Source: Paraglomus brasilianum
Taxonomy: Eukaryota
DNA length: 59,185 bases
NCBI GenBank assembly: GCA_910592345.1
Contig: CAJVPI010000081.1
Location: forward strand, 1-59,185
Reading direction: 5' to 3'
Part shown: in pieces, positions 11,900 through 25,209 of the stretch
How the letters are laid out: each line of letters begins with the position of its first letter
How positions within the stretch are numbered: the first letter of the stretch is position 1
The notes under the pieces: model-generated
Seen by the model: the letters and a program-made list of their open reading frames with translations, nothing else
What the model was told of the DNA's origin: nothing
The model's database searches: none
Translations under genes and position numbers: made by a program

Positions 11900-14800
11900 C
11901 TAATAATCATATCAAAGTCAATAAAGTGATAAGAACCAAGAATTATGAGAAAAACTATTTACGAAGAAGTTCCCATTCGTCCCCGTCCTAAATGCATTCA
12001 TTCCTATAACAAGGAAAACCCCCCACATTCGCTACCAGCAGAGTAGAACAAACTAGTCGATGAAAGATTAGCTCAAGTGCTTACATATTGCAACTAGGCC
12101 AAAAAAGCTAAATGTTATAAACGAGGAATAGATTTTACTTATTTTCTGGGGATAACTAAATATAGTTATAATCAGGATCGTATACACGTTTTTTGTGAGA
12201 TAATACCAAGCGTTTTTTGCAAGTTGGCAATTCTATACTAGCTGATACATTCATTACACGATATGAAACGCTATACGAGTGCTCGAAATAGACCTATAGT
12301 CAAAGCGAGTTTGTAATCGTTATCATCGTTTGTTTGTTTTGACCCGTTAGTTAGAGATCAATTCGTTTGCTTTCTGCTTTCGTTTCATTCCAATTTGGAT
12401 AGTCCCGTTTATTTCGCCAATACCGGCAAATAAGAATTTTTATTGTATCATCGGAAGTCTGTTGTACGTAATGTTGCTCTAATTTATTCATATTAAAACA
12501 GTGGGTGTTCAGGATAACAATAGTACATTGTAAATTGACCACTTGGTATAAAAAAATGGGTTCTGAACAAGACATATTGTCTTGATAAATTATAATGTAA
12601 TTGTGTTTTCGTACGTTATCATGTACTCGCACTATGATCAACTTCTCATTATAACAAGCTTCGATTGCATGCTACATAATCTTACATACAATCAAAATTG
12701 ATAACGACATTGTCAACTTGTAGAAAACTTTTACTTTTGTCTGGTGTTCCCGCGATTTTTAGTTCTATTTGCATTGGATTATTATTTTTAACAGCAAAAA
12801 ATGCCCAAACTATTCCGTATTCAATCAGCCTTTTGATATTTCCAACTTTGATGATAACTTCTAAAACGTCACTAACTATTAGTATATTAACACCAAAATC
12901 TCTATGATATAATTAGAACACTGCGCTTTTATTCAATTCACATGCGACGATCTCTGAAAACTACGCCAACCCAAACTTTGAGGCATTTCAAGAAAATATA
13001 TAAAAAACCGCTTGTACTAATCTGGCAGAATCCATGAAATACTACCATTCCAATTTTCCCATTAATGATGTCGTGAAAGTTTAGTGTATAACGTCATTAA
13101 TTAATTGATTATATTCTCTAACCCCATTGGTTAGGTTCAGCTTCAGCCGGATTTCAGCAGCTGCATCAGCCGCGACAATATTAATACACATGTCCGGAGT
13201 TAAAATTAGCCTCACAGCGGGAATTTGATTATTGGATAAGCCCCTCGGTTTACTCGGTTAAATAATTAAGTCCTTACACAAAATTTCGTTAACCATTATC
13301 AACTTACTAACCATAAATATATAAAGAAGAAACCTTGATGCCGATCATTCCAATATATAGACATTGGCATATTTACTGGTTGGATGTAAGGATAACAATA
13401 AATGTATTATGGCGCGTAATGAAGACTATCCCAAAAAACTGCAGAAAGCAGATAACTTGACGACCATAGAGAGCTCCGTCGTTACAAAAGCTAAATAAAA
13501 CAATCGTGATGCTATTGCAGAGCGTAACGCCAGCAGTCGGAAATAGTCGTCTAGACGTTTTATTGATATCGCATGTTATGCATGATATACAAGGGTATTA
13601 ATAAAGGGAGCCCTTTATGAAGAGACTTGCGCCGGTTAGCATTTTAACCACACACCAAAGACTGGATTGGAAATGCGCACGAAAATCAATGCTGACGTTA
13701 CAATGCGTTGGACACTAGCCTCATGCAATGCACAGCGCCCATTACATTACGCTTGCATAATAATGCACACACTATGAGAATGAATGAATGACTGAGAGTG
13801 AGATTGAATCAGTGGTTGGTCGGTCATACAACCAATAGATTGACCATCCAATGTATCACAGTTTTTAATGAGAAAGCCTGTATGGAGTCTTTAAACCAAA
13901 AAACCCCGCAAGTAAAGGAATCGACGAGTTCCAAAAGTCATTCGGATGATGAAACAACCCAAACTTTAATACTGAATGTCAAACTAAACGTCCGATTTGT
14001 GAAATCATTTAAAATAACCGGTTAGCTCTTCCCAAAAACTTTTATTCTTAACATCATGGCAAAATAATAGTAAAGTGTAGGCATTTTGATTTGCCCATAG
14101 AGTGGCTATGATTTTGCGACGTCGGTCAATCAAAACCCTGTCATTGTATTTTTAGTAACAAACAAATTACATAAGTTACAAAGTTATGTGACCGAATTTT
14201 CTTGTCGGCATTACATGCGTAAGAATAGAACGCACAAAACGTATTAGTTGACTTCAAAAATCATGCGTATGTGGTGAACGCAAATTCGTGCAAAATGTTG
14301 TGCGTATTGGAATGCTGCTTCAAGGTACATTATCGATGAGGTGATTGGTGTAGCATTAACTACTAGGTATGATTGTTATTTTTCGTTTTTAATTTATTAA
14401 TTTATTAATTAATTTATTTATTTATTTATTTTATTTAACTAATTTTAGGGACAAGATAATTAACCAAAATATAGGTCGAAAAGATTTGTGCACAAAATCC
14501 ACGTAGTACCGTTTTTATATCACCCATATCGCATACCGTCATAAGCCTGTTATCACTCTGGACGACAAATGCGATTTGTGGCCGCCACATTTCGAAAAAA
14601 AAAGGCATAATAATAAGCGGCCTGTTCCTCACAGAATAACGCCGATTACAAGATCACATATATTCGCAAAACTAATGAATGGAAATTTTCATGGGTTTAC
14701 GAGATGCAAAGACAACTCCGCGAAACCCAAGCGGTAGTTCTATTCCATTGACCCTAGCGTTCATACACCCTTCACATGGTACTCTCCTACTAATGGTGTA

Positions 14801-15008
14801 GGTAAAATTGGCCAATACGACATTGGACAAATTATTTGTCTGTGCAAGCATATGGATAATCTTCTTTCTATAAAGGACAAGCTGGCTGTCTCTAGTTCAA
14901 GTGTCGAAATTGTGGGACTGTAATGGATCGAGATGAAAATGGCGCTCGGGGAATCTTCCTCCGGGCATTGCTTGATGGAGCCTTGATTCTCTCCGGAGAA
15001 TAATAGTA

Positions 15009-15177
15009 CAGTCAACCCTCTCTATAGTCACCCCCTCTATAAGCACACCATGTTTGAGAACCAATTACTATTGAACTTATCGGAAAAACCCTCTATATAG
15101 TCACAACCTCTTTAGAAGCAAATTTTCAACAAAAGTTGCATTGTTTTCGACAGCGTGACTATAGAGAGGGTTGACTG
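15009..15177. mobile_element. pogo/Tigger-like MITE, 169 bp
   Basis: Perfect 23-bp TIRs CAGTCAACCCTCTCTATAGTCAC; TA on both sides (15007-15008, 15178-15179); internal CCCTCTATA subterminal repeats. Confidence 0.92.
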
Positions 15178-16679
15178 TAATGCCTATTACTATTGATGTG
15201 TTACAATCCATCCGACTTTCTACTACGTTGTGGCTATGTAATCACGATAGTAGCTTTTAAGCTTACATCGCGTCCTTGTCTAGCGAATCTGTATCGATTG
15301 CGCTTTCAATTATTCCAATTGATTGTTATTATCATTGCAGGAGCAACAGAACCAACCTTCGAACGAGTTACACTATGTCAACAAAACAAAGCGTGGTTTT
15401 CCAAAAAATTTCATCATTTGTTCCATAATCTTAACTGGCGCATCCTGCAGCAAGGCGAACATAATGCCATAAACATTTCTGTTAATATCGAAAGCAATAA
15501 AGTTATTAACTGGCAGTTTACATAATTCTTGGTATGTATACACATAACATCAAACCGCATTAATGCAACTAATTCCTACACAAGTCGAACCCCGTTAATG
15601 GGTAGAATTCATAAATCTCTAACGAATTGATCGCGATGTTTCGACGATAGGCGCGAGAATAAAGAAATGCATCTGTGACACGGCGCAGGAATAGTAATGT
15701 CCCACTATGCCATCTTTAGTGAAAGACGATAGTAGGATGCGTATTAATAGGAAATTGTATAGCGCTTGTGCGTGTTGTGGAATGTTCGAGCTGAGGAAAA
15801 GATGTTGCGTAATGTATAAGTAGTTGATTCTATTATATCAGGGTCTGAATGCATTGCCCACAATAATAGACGTGCTTCTGTTATTCCTGCCATTGTTATT
15901 CGTATTGCTAAAGTCGCTTATGCTTACCTATAGGATCTGAAAGATGAGAATACCCACCACTAGACTATAAACTTGATATATGCTTACTATTATCACAATC
16001 GTTGTTATCAGCCTTGCTATACTTTCGACTGCCAATTATTTGTAGGATGTGGAATCTCCATCACTATGCTCATATTCCAATGTTGCCCAGGTTTGAGATT
16101 TATATTTATACTTGAACTTCCGTATCGTATTTATGATATACCAGAGTTGCTTGTCAAAATAAAGTGATTCTTTGTTGCTTCAATGTTACTTTGCATACAA
16201 CGTGGAATAATACAAATGTCGGCTAGTCAGTAGATTTCTTCAGTCAATGGCTTTTTAATAACATTATGATTATCGTTCAAACTTTATTTAATAAAACCTA
16301 AGCGTTCAACTCTAGATTCATGTGGGGTATGCTTCGAAGAATAATACAAACATATTATTTTCTTAAAGCCGACTACAAATTTATTATTCTGTTATAATTA
16401 TGTTAATTTATATTCCACTTGTTCGTACAATAACCACAGCATCTTGAAGATTCGAACTTACACACTCTTTTATATTAGAGTAATTTTATAACCTGATAGA
16501 TAAATAATACTTCACAAATTAGTATGTGGGTAATTGTATAAAGCTTATGAAGTGAGGTTCCAATCAACAAAGGAGGATTATCGTAGCAAGCTTCTCATAA
16601 TGCCAATCAATTTGTTGATACCTGTAATGTGTTCGAAACCACCATAGTGATTACACTTATTCATTACCTGGTAAGATTT

Positions 16680-17920
16680 TCTATTAACGGTCGCCTTTCC
16701 CGTATCGGCGATATAAAATCGAAACTTGCTTTCAATTTATTTGGAATCTTTGACACCAGGATTATTATTTAAACGCGTTTAGTGAGCTATATAGGCTTTC
16801 GAAACTAATTCCATCGGAAGAAACAGACGTGATCAACTCGAGAATCTAGGATCGGCATCGTGTGAGTGTTATACGTGTTAAAAGGTCGCTAGCTGTATTC
16901 ATAGATTTAACATTAATAGGAATAGTCGTTCGAAAAATTAAATCTCAAGATTAATATGCGCACGCTCTCCCACGTGTATTGATCCGACACGTAACACTTA
17001 GCTTTGTTTACAACAGCGATACGGTACAGTTTCTTAATCAATCCAAAACTACCATCACGTGAATTTAGTAATTCGATACTTGCACAAATCACCAAATACA
17101 GATAAAATAATGGTCGTATTGTCCACCTACATTATCACAAGGTTCACCTTTATTCAATCTCTTAATTCCATCGAAAACCATGCTCAGCGTGCCATTAGGA
17201 CGTTTGCTTATTATTTCGTCGGAATCGAGAACGTAATTAAATTGTTCGCGTCCTGCTCATTTTGGATTCCAAATAAATGTACTTTACGCGGACTGAAAAT
17301 AATAAATCTTACCTGTGAACGTTTTGTTCAATCGTAACTGTAATGTTAATGCTACAATAAACAGCTTTACCTCTCATTATAGAATGTTCATCTAGTAATT
17401 TTCGTTGTTCTGCTAATTTTGTATTTTACGATAATAGTTTCTCTCTAACTTAGCCTTAACCAGATGTTCTTTGTATTTTTTCAACAAATCTAGCATTGTA
17501 CCCTAAGCCATTCCGAACCCTTGGCACATATCACATAAATCCGTTCTTGGGCTCATTTAATTCGAATATAAGACGCTAATTGGTACCATGACTTATGGAA
17601 CGTACCATATTTTAACAATTTCAAAGTGTTATCGTTTTCGAGACTTGAATAAAAATCACGATAGATTGATTTGTAACTCGTTTTTGGCTGGTAAAAATGT
17701 AAGCAAGCGATTGAGTAATTCATTTGACTTTTCTGCCAGGACTTGGTAATCCATAGTTTACGAGAAATTCTTCACGGCTATATAGCAACGGTTATATCAA
17801 TGGTCATTTTGGTTTTCCATTGCGGCGCTTTTCATAAACGCGCAGTTCGATTCCTCAACGAGAGAGGCAAAATGTGTTTTTGCCCAAAGTGGGAAGTTGT
17901 TGATTGTTGGTGGTTCATCC
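16680..17920 (-). pseudogene. Decayed DNA transposase, Sola-like
   Basis: Frameshifted minus-strand blocks occur in the expected order: YGLPSPGR, FLPAKTSYKSIYRDF, PRTDLCDMCQ, YKEHLVKAKLERNYY, GKIYYFSPRKVHLFGIQNE, FNYVLDSDEIISKRPNGTLSMVF, CDNVGGQ, DGSFGLIKKLYR. TIRs not found; outer bounds approximate; superfamily assigned from memory. Confidence 0.7.
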
Positions 17921-18658
17921 TGTCGAGTCAACAATCGCGGGGTAGCAATCGATCGTTAACTTTTGGGAGCTGTGGTTTCTCCTGCTTTAGTTAAATGTAG
18001 TGATCATTAAACCAGGCTTTTACTACTCACGACTCATAGTCGATCGATAGACACTAATCATAGACGGTCGAGTTAATCCTCTATTCCCTTTCGATGGGAG
18101 TTCGGAAGCCTATAGTAATAGGTTGGGATATATTCTCTGTACGTCTCGCGAATAACAATCGTAATGCCAGAGAACGAATCATTAATAATGTATTTCAGAG
18201 TATTAAAACTATTCGTTTATTAGAAAATATTTACAGGAATCGAAAATAATTAATCATACATACGCACACCCCCACCCATACCCACACCCGAATCTAGCTG
18301 AAATCTACGCTGCTTATATTTTTCGGAAGATACTAATGTTCTCTTATTAGCAACGCTTAATATTCTTGAGAATATCCTGGGACTTTACGTTCGGTTCCGT
18401 CGATGTGTCTATTCCAGTAGTTAGACATATCTGATATTAACTGATGAAAGAAAGCGCGTTCCTAAGACTCACGAAAGACGCACGAAGCGATTGAACTGCT
18501 GCGCTGCTGTCATGCTGCTGATGTACCCGCCCACTTGCTAATTGTTGCCAATGTCTTGGTTTTCTTTACAGCTTTATGTAGGCAAGTTTTTCTAACCGGA
18601 TAAAGGTATTGAAATACCTGTGTCCCCCGCCACTACCGCACAAGGTGCAGTTTGATTG

Positions 18659-18841
18659 TTATTTTCTCCCTCCCAATGCCCACACTATCACGCCCACCAC
18701 CAGCAAACACCCGAACGTAAAAAACCATTTCAGGTTTAGTTCCATAGTCTTCATGGCCATTTTTAGTTCTGCCGCCCCGACATCATAATGGTAATGATGA
18801 TGCTCGTGAGTACAGTTTATGCAACTGTATGTTTGTATCAT
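18659..18841 (-). CDS. 60-aa microprotein copy 1 (CxxC, His-rich, C-terminal TM helix)
   Basis: MIQTYSCINCTHEHHHYHYDVGAAELKMAMKTMELNLKWFFTFGCLLVVGVIVWALGGRK; ORF intact in both duplicates. Confidence 0.5.
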   Translation of the reverse strand: MIQTYSCINCTHEHHHYHYDVGAAELKMAMKTMELNLKWFFTFGCLLVVGVIVWALGGRK

Positions 18842-18892
18842 ATCTTCTATTAAAAAAAGCAGTGGCAAGTTTTTCTAACCGGATAATGATTG

Positions 18893-19075
18893 TTATTTTC
18901 TCCCTCCCAATGTCCACACTATCACGCCCACCACCAGCAAACACCCGAACGTAAAAAACCACTTCAGGTTTAGTTCCATGGTCTTCATGGCCATTTTTAG
19001 TTCGGCCGCCCTGACATCATAATGATAATGATGATGCTCATGAGTACAGTTTATGCAACTGTATATTTGTATCAT
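18893..19075 (-). CDS. 60-aa microprotein copy 2
   Basis: Differs from copy 1 at 8 of 183 nt, 5 synonymous and 3 non-synonymous. Confidence 0.5.
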   Translation of the reverse strand: MIQIYSCINCTHEHHHYHYDVRAAELKMAMKTMELNLKWFFTFGCLLVVGVIVWTLGGRK

Positions 19076-20255
19076 AATTGAAAAAGCAGTGTGTTTGAGT
19101 GTGACTTCCGGGCGTGGTTTTAGATCTCACGTATGCCCAACATAAACACTGATCTGACGATGAAGCCTAGGACTGGGTTCGGCTACTGTAAAGTACATCA
19201 AGCTCCTTATAGTCATCCTGTTATCCGTCTTTGTCGATTTCGTCGAGAAGAACGCATGATGCCCGATTATAATATCCGGTGTCCTCTAGAATTTGGGATT
19301 TGAAAACTTCTTGAAGGCCTGCCGATATGTTATTGAGTCCCCTTCTTGTTTTGACGAATGCGTGGTTCCTCTTGCATATTGGAGTTAGATGCTTGGCCAC
19401 ATTGCACCATCAAAATCCAAAGCCAGATATAGTATCCTTGGGGGGGGGGGGGACGGAGGGAAGACCGTATTATTGATTTTTTCATATCGGATTAAGGTCC
19501 AAGACAGATTCAAAAGAGCTGGTGGGTTAATGATGCTTTTATAACGCATTTTCCGTTTTGTGCTACAAACATCTGTCAATCGGTTACACACAAGCTATAA
19601 ATACTGAAAAATCACTCCGTCATCTGTCGCCACTTTTAATTACGCAGTTAATATTTGTCGTTGAAATATCGAAGTTTGCGTAGACAGTGTAACTAAAATT
19701 GGTAAATACCAGAGTAAAATGAATTTTAAAAATACTTGCCGAAATTTAAGTTCCAAAACGCATGGTTTAATAAATCACTGTATTGGTATGAATAAAAAAT
19801 TTTATTTCTAGACTCAATAATAACAGTACACTTTGTGTACGATTTTGGCGTCCGCATAGATCTGTGATAATTCTAGTGTACGAACAATGCGGACAAATTG
19901 TATCAAATACCAAGCCTTGGCCGGCGAGAGCTCTTGCTCAAGACCTCTTGCTGTGTTACTCAATCACAAGGATGTGGAACCTTTTGGTGATGTTATAGGA
20001 AGAAAACGCCCACAATAACATCGCATCTGTTGAATGTTGAAAGCTGAAATATACATAAATAATAATCCGGAAAAAAAAAGGCTATCAATAGACTATGCAA
20101 AATTACACAAGCAATATTTATGATAGCTTTTTAAATATGAGAAATGGTCAATTAATCATTTTCCCCGTGCAAACGAATCTGCACGTGTCATTGTCCATAA
20201 GATCTATTATTGGATGTCTATGTCTGATATTGTTCCTCTCTATCTACAATTATAA

Positions 20256-21618
20256 TTATCCGAAATACAACCTGCGAACGTGAATGCTAATATTAAATCC
20301 AAACAATGATAAGATATACAATACTATGAATATTGCAATTGGATATAAGAACATTTCAGTGTGAAGAAGAAATGGAAGGGCTACAAACGAATAATACATC
20401 CGTGTCATATTGTACGAATCGGAAAGAAGGTCAGAGTAATTATTAGTGACACGGCGTGAGAGAATTAGCACCTTACAAATCAATACTATCAACCGCCACT
20501 TCCATTTATCCCGTGTACTTACCACTATATCCAAGAAATGTAATATAACAATAATATATGATTGCTATAATATACATCGTATTCCCAATAAATAAACAAA
20601 CCCAAAGTTCTTTCGACAACACCGGCATTAAAAAGAATTGAAGTACATATAGAATTAGGAAGAGAGGAAAGAAAGAATTACAATGTACATCAAAAGCATA
20701 TTGCCATTCAACTGTTTGTTCCACTGCATGTATAGTGTGTCTATGCGTTAAAAATCTATTGGCAAATACCCTGTTAAATATGGAGCATGAAAATAATCGA
20801 AATCATCAAGTATTTAGTCTCATCGAAACAAAAGGCCCTACTTTAATAGTACTAGGCCCGATCACAACACACGGCTCACTTGTACGCACACTTACCAGCA
20901 CAGCGTTGAAATAACCATCCCGACTACAACAAAGTCAATAAACACCATGAATGTCATCATCTTTAGAATTCCAACTAGTCCATGGCCCAATACCAAACCC
21001 CATGCAATTGCGGATACTAACAAAACGTCCAAGGCTCGATTAGAATAGATGCGGCAAGAGTAGAATGCGAAAGTCTTAGTTTAGCATATTGAGAAACGGT
21101 GGATACGTACATCCGAGGAAAAACGATAACATCACTACAAAGGCTGGATCGTCTCTTGCCCATTGATTCTTCGTCTCTACGTTTAGTCAAACCTCATTAG
21201 CAACGGTCATAGCATATGTACGCAATCTATATTGTCCGAAACCAAGCCAATACTTACGTTTATGATAAATAATATTTCGATATCTGTCGTTTAATATACA
21301 TTAGCATTATTAATAATAAGCCAGCATACTTTACACCCGCACGTCCATATACTTACACTCTTCGCGGTGCTATACATAAATAAAACATCTGCCAAAGGGC
21401 GAATTCAAAGTCCTATGAATTCAGAGAGCCTTTGTTTAGTTGTCAGTATTTTTCACAATTCAATAATTCCCTTTACAACTCCCCAACGTTACCACCATTT
21501 GTGGGAATCTGAACAATCGCCGTAAGAATAATGGAACAGAAGCTGCCCAATATGCAGGCCGACCTCGTTTAGCAGATACATGTATACTACGCGGAGCCGT
21601 CGTAGGGAGTATTGGCAT
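20256..21618 (-). CDS. GMH1: UNC-50/Gmh1 family Golgi membrane protein, multi-exon
   Basis: LRRLFRFPQM|DFEFALWQMFYLCIAPRR, TKNQWARDDPAF, EQTVEWQYAFDVHCNSFFP, YYCYITFLGY|ALPFL...LSLFGFN. Confidence 0.92.
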
Positions 21619-21786
21619 GTTGTATATACTGATCTTCCAGTAGTGAGAAAAGCAACTGAAATATACGAGTGAGAGAAACCCAAATTTACATAAAAGTGGC
21701 TTGGAATAATGGACGGTTACACGGACCATATATATATCAAGTACCTTTTTTTTTTTTTTATCGTTGGGGACGATAATAGTAATCCG

Positions 21787-23290
21787 ATGACTTTTAGATT
21801 TAATTTTTCGGTAAGCATAAAATTAGTGTTATATAAAGTTTAGTTTTGTCAATTGAGTAACAGAACCCCGTTGACAGACTGACGACCAAGATGTATCAGA
21901 TAATGATGTGGAAGTTGTGCAAGGTCAACAAACAAATACAAAAGAAGAAAATGTTGATTTTATTCCTGCACGAGAATTTGTAGTAAATGAAGTAAGTCAT
22001 CGAATCATGAAATGCATAAGTTCGTTACCTGATTTGTTTACCTCCCTACGCATTCTCTTACATCATACTCTTCCCATACTAGTCAGTGACTCTCCCGCCA
22101 ACATTCATCTGCAATCGTATTACTCTTTCTCATTCCGTCTCCATCTTCAAACGACATCTCTCCGACATCAAGCTCCATCTTGCACAATCTAACGCAGACC
22201 ACCTGTTGGATGTCTCTGCAGATAGTGATTTAGTTATTGGAGTGTACGAAGGTAGTCCACCAGGATGATCGATCATGGGTGACTCGCCCCTGATTTGGTT
22301 TTAATGTACTATTTCGTGACATACAGGTGGATTAAAGACATGGGAATCTGCTGGCGATCTGCTGGAATATTTGGGATTATTGTTCGAAAGAGGAGAGTTT
22401 AATGTCGAAATGAGTGGGAAATGTTTAGAGGTAATTATAAGGGAGAAGCGTGGTATGTAAGGAGGTGTAAATAATGAGAATGCGTTTGCAGTATTTGTTG
22501 GATCAACTTCATTAAGACAAGTCGGAATTATAGTAACAGTCTTTCTTTGTTGCAGTTGGGTTGTGGGTCCTCTCTCCCCGGTGTTTATATGCTCGTCCGT
22601 TGTCCTTTGATTAGAGTTGATTTCCAAGATTACAACGAGCAAGTCATTGGACACGTGACTATACCTAACATATTATTGAATACTGCTCTTGCTCCGAGCG
22701 ATAACGATATCGACAAGAACAACACTGCTGAAGTTGATATACCCGACAGCTCGAACTTGTTGGAAAAGGTGACTGAAAGAAGCAAATTCTTTAGCGGTGA
22801 TTGGAGTGGACTGAAGGTAAGCTTTTTATTATTTGAACAGCAATAATTATCACAAACAATATAGTGAACCATGGTTCTTGTATTTGGTCTAGGACGTTCT
22901 CGATATGAAATCAAATAGTGATAAATATGATATAATATTAACGTCAGAGACTATATACAATATTTCTTCAATGCCCAAGCTTTATAATGTCATTAAAGAA
23001 TCTTTGAAACGGCCGACTGGGATTGCGTATCCTTTCTCATGATATTAACGTGCAAAAGACTGTCGCAATTCAGTTTGCGACTGCATTCTTATTACTACAA
23101 ACCAATCATCATCCTTGACCACAACGTGTATGCTAGTTACGTGGCCGCCAAAACAATGTATTTTGGAGTTGGAGGAGGAGTGTTGCCATTCAAACAGTTG
23201 GTTGAGGCAGATGGTATATTCAACATTGAAGTTGTATTCAATGTGACTCACGACGTAAAAAGAGAGGTACTAGAGTTGAGGTACAAGTGA
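21787..23290 (+). CDS. HPM1: Histidine protein methyltransferase 1 (Hpm1/METTL18), multi-exon
   Basis: MTFRFNF start, SDLVIGVYEG|GLKTWES, LE|LGCGSSLPG, FQDYNEQVI, FFSGDW, YDIILTSETIY, YVAAKTMYFGVGGG. Confidence 0.92.
23027..23136 (+). other. U12-type (minor spliceosome) GT-AG intron in HPM1
   Basis: 5' splice site GTATCCTTT at 23027, branch site TCCTTGAC at 23112-23119, TAG ending at 23136. Splicing restores GIA|YVAAK in frame. Confidence 0.88.
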
Positions 23291-23488
23291 CAATACGCCA
23301 TTCAGTTATACGCAAATGTTTGCCATCATGTGATCATGGGTATCGATCACGGAAGAAAACTTTTAATACTCTGATAGTTCTTGCTTTGGTTCATAACACA
23401 ACTTACTCTTCTGCAACATAGATTTACGGGACAATTTTTTGAACATCACATTAATACTGACAATAGCTTTCGTATTCACAACTCGTGA

Positions 23489-25209
23489 TTAATCAGTTAT
23501 TCCATTGGCATCATTTTCCTTCTCGTCTTTTGCTGCCTTACTCTGCCACAGACCATAACTCTTTCCTGGCGTAGTCTACAAGAAAGGTAATAATAATAAA
23601 TTAATGCTATTAATTGACGGACCTTCCTAATTAGGAATAAACCGGATAATCAAGTTTCGTACCTGCCACAGCCTTATAGTTCCATCCTCTGGAATGATTA
23701 TTAGTTAGTTAATTGAAATTAATTAAATGACTGCTCATGCATATATACGTGGTTCCTGAGCAATGTGAATTCCATACTGTGTGCTGCATTGCTGCATTAC
23801 TGCATTATCTTGACCAGATCCCACACTTTTGAAATTGACATGATCAGTTCCACGTATGTCTAATATCGTGACTGTCTTACCTGATCCAGTTGCATATATT
23901 TCTCCATCAGGACTGTAACTGACTGTATGAATGGGTCCATGATGTCCTTTATACACCTCTATAAAAAAACCATTCTTGTCAGTAAAGTCGCTGGTAGTAT
24001 ATCATAAAGGATTTCCAGAGACTGACCAAGTTCCTTGCCACTTTCAAAGTCATAAATTCTAACCCACAAATCATTACTACCGCCAGCGACAAATCGCTTA
24101 TGATCACGGTGTAATGACACTGATGACACATCATATGCAGTATCGATAGATTTATATAGTTGATAACTAGAACCAAAAGGAAAAAAGGGATGGCAAGAGT
24201 GAGTTGAAGACAATAACGGTCTAAAACATAAGCAAGTATATAGTAGTTATATCTGGCATACGTTGATGCGTCTATGAAGTAGACAGTCTTCCCTGCTGTG
24301 CATGTGATATATTTGCCATCAAGAGAAAGCTCCATGCTAGTGATTGGTTGTTCCGTCTTGTAACTATTGATCTGACTGAAGCCACGCACATCCCAAGCTC
24401 TAATACAATGACGCGATATTTGTTATGTTTCATTGTGCAATGTTGATTGTCGATTCGCAAATAATATCCACCGTCTATAATTACATCCTCGCTTACCGAA
24501 TCTCCTTATCGTCTCCTGCACTTAATACAACATTCCTCTCTCCGTCCCAAATAACGCTCTTGATAGTAGCCTCGTGTGCCTCAACTTCAACGACAGGCTC
24601 TTCCGGTTTACTTAAATCAAATACTCGCAACTTTTTCTCTTGTCCACCCGATACAATGCGTGTACTGTCTTCAGAAATATCAGCTGAACGCACAATGTGA
24701 CCGTGGGTGAATGAATGCAAAACATCGCCTGTATAAGTATCCCATAGCTTACTTTAAAGTTAAAGAGAGATTAAACAAGAAAAGAGGTTATTCAGTGAAC
24801 GGTAGACTCTCCCCCAAAGAAAGCATAATCAATGCATACGCAGTAAAGTCAGCTGAAGCAGTAACTGCTTTGGAAGCATCTTTGCTCAATTTAGCACTCC
24901 ACACTGCTCCCTTATGGCCTATGAACGTCCCGATCCAGTCACCAGTAGGACCATCTCGTAGCATTGGATTACAATCTAAATAACAGATAAAAGAGGAAAA
25001 TTGTATCTCAGTCACTCGATGGACGACCGATAAATCTAAACATTGATCGTTCACGTAAAATACAAACCTTTGCAAGCACTTATCAAGTAGTAAGTTCCAT
25101 CTGTAGTAATAGGAGAAAACTGCAAATGCACAACAGGGCGGGTATGACCTGAGCATGTTAAAGGTATAACCCGTGATGGGTTTGTATTTGGTGGTTGTGG
25201 TGTTGACAT
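23489..25209 (-). CDS. STRAP: WD40 protein STRAP/UNRIP (serine-threonine kinase receptor-associated protein), multi-exon
   Basis: [86 protein letters not shown]. Confidence 0.92.

Larger units (their letters stand above)
18581..19090. repeat. Tandem duplication carrying two microprotein ORFs
   Basis: GGCAAGTTTTTCTAACCGGATAA occurs at 18581 and 18864, and both units end in AAAAAGCAGTG. Copy 2 lacks about 50 bp present in copy 1. Confidence 0.92.

Noticed and set aside
19225..19400. Minus-strand frame containing LLDEIDK (Walker B-like)
   Set aside because: A stop follows almost immediately and there is no Walker A or other AAA+ context.
19432..19452. GTATCCTT U12-like donor followed by a G13 run
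   Set aside because: No supportable plus-strand gene or downstream U12 branch site.
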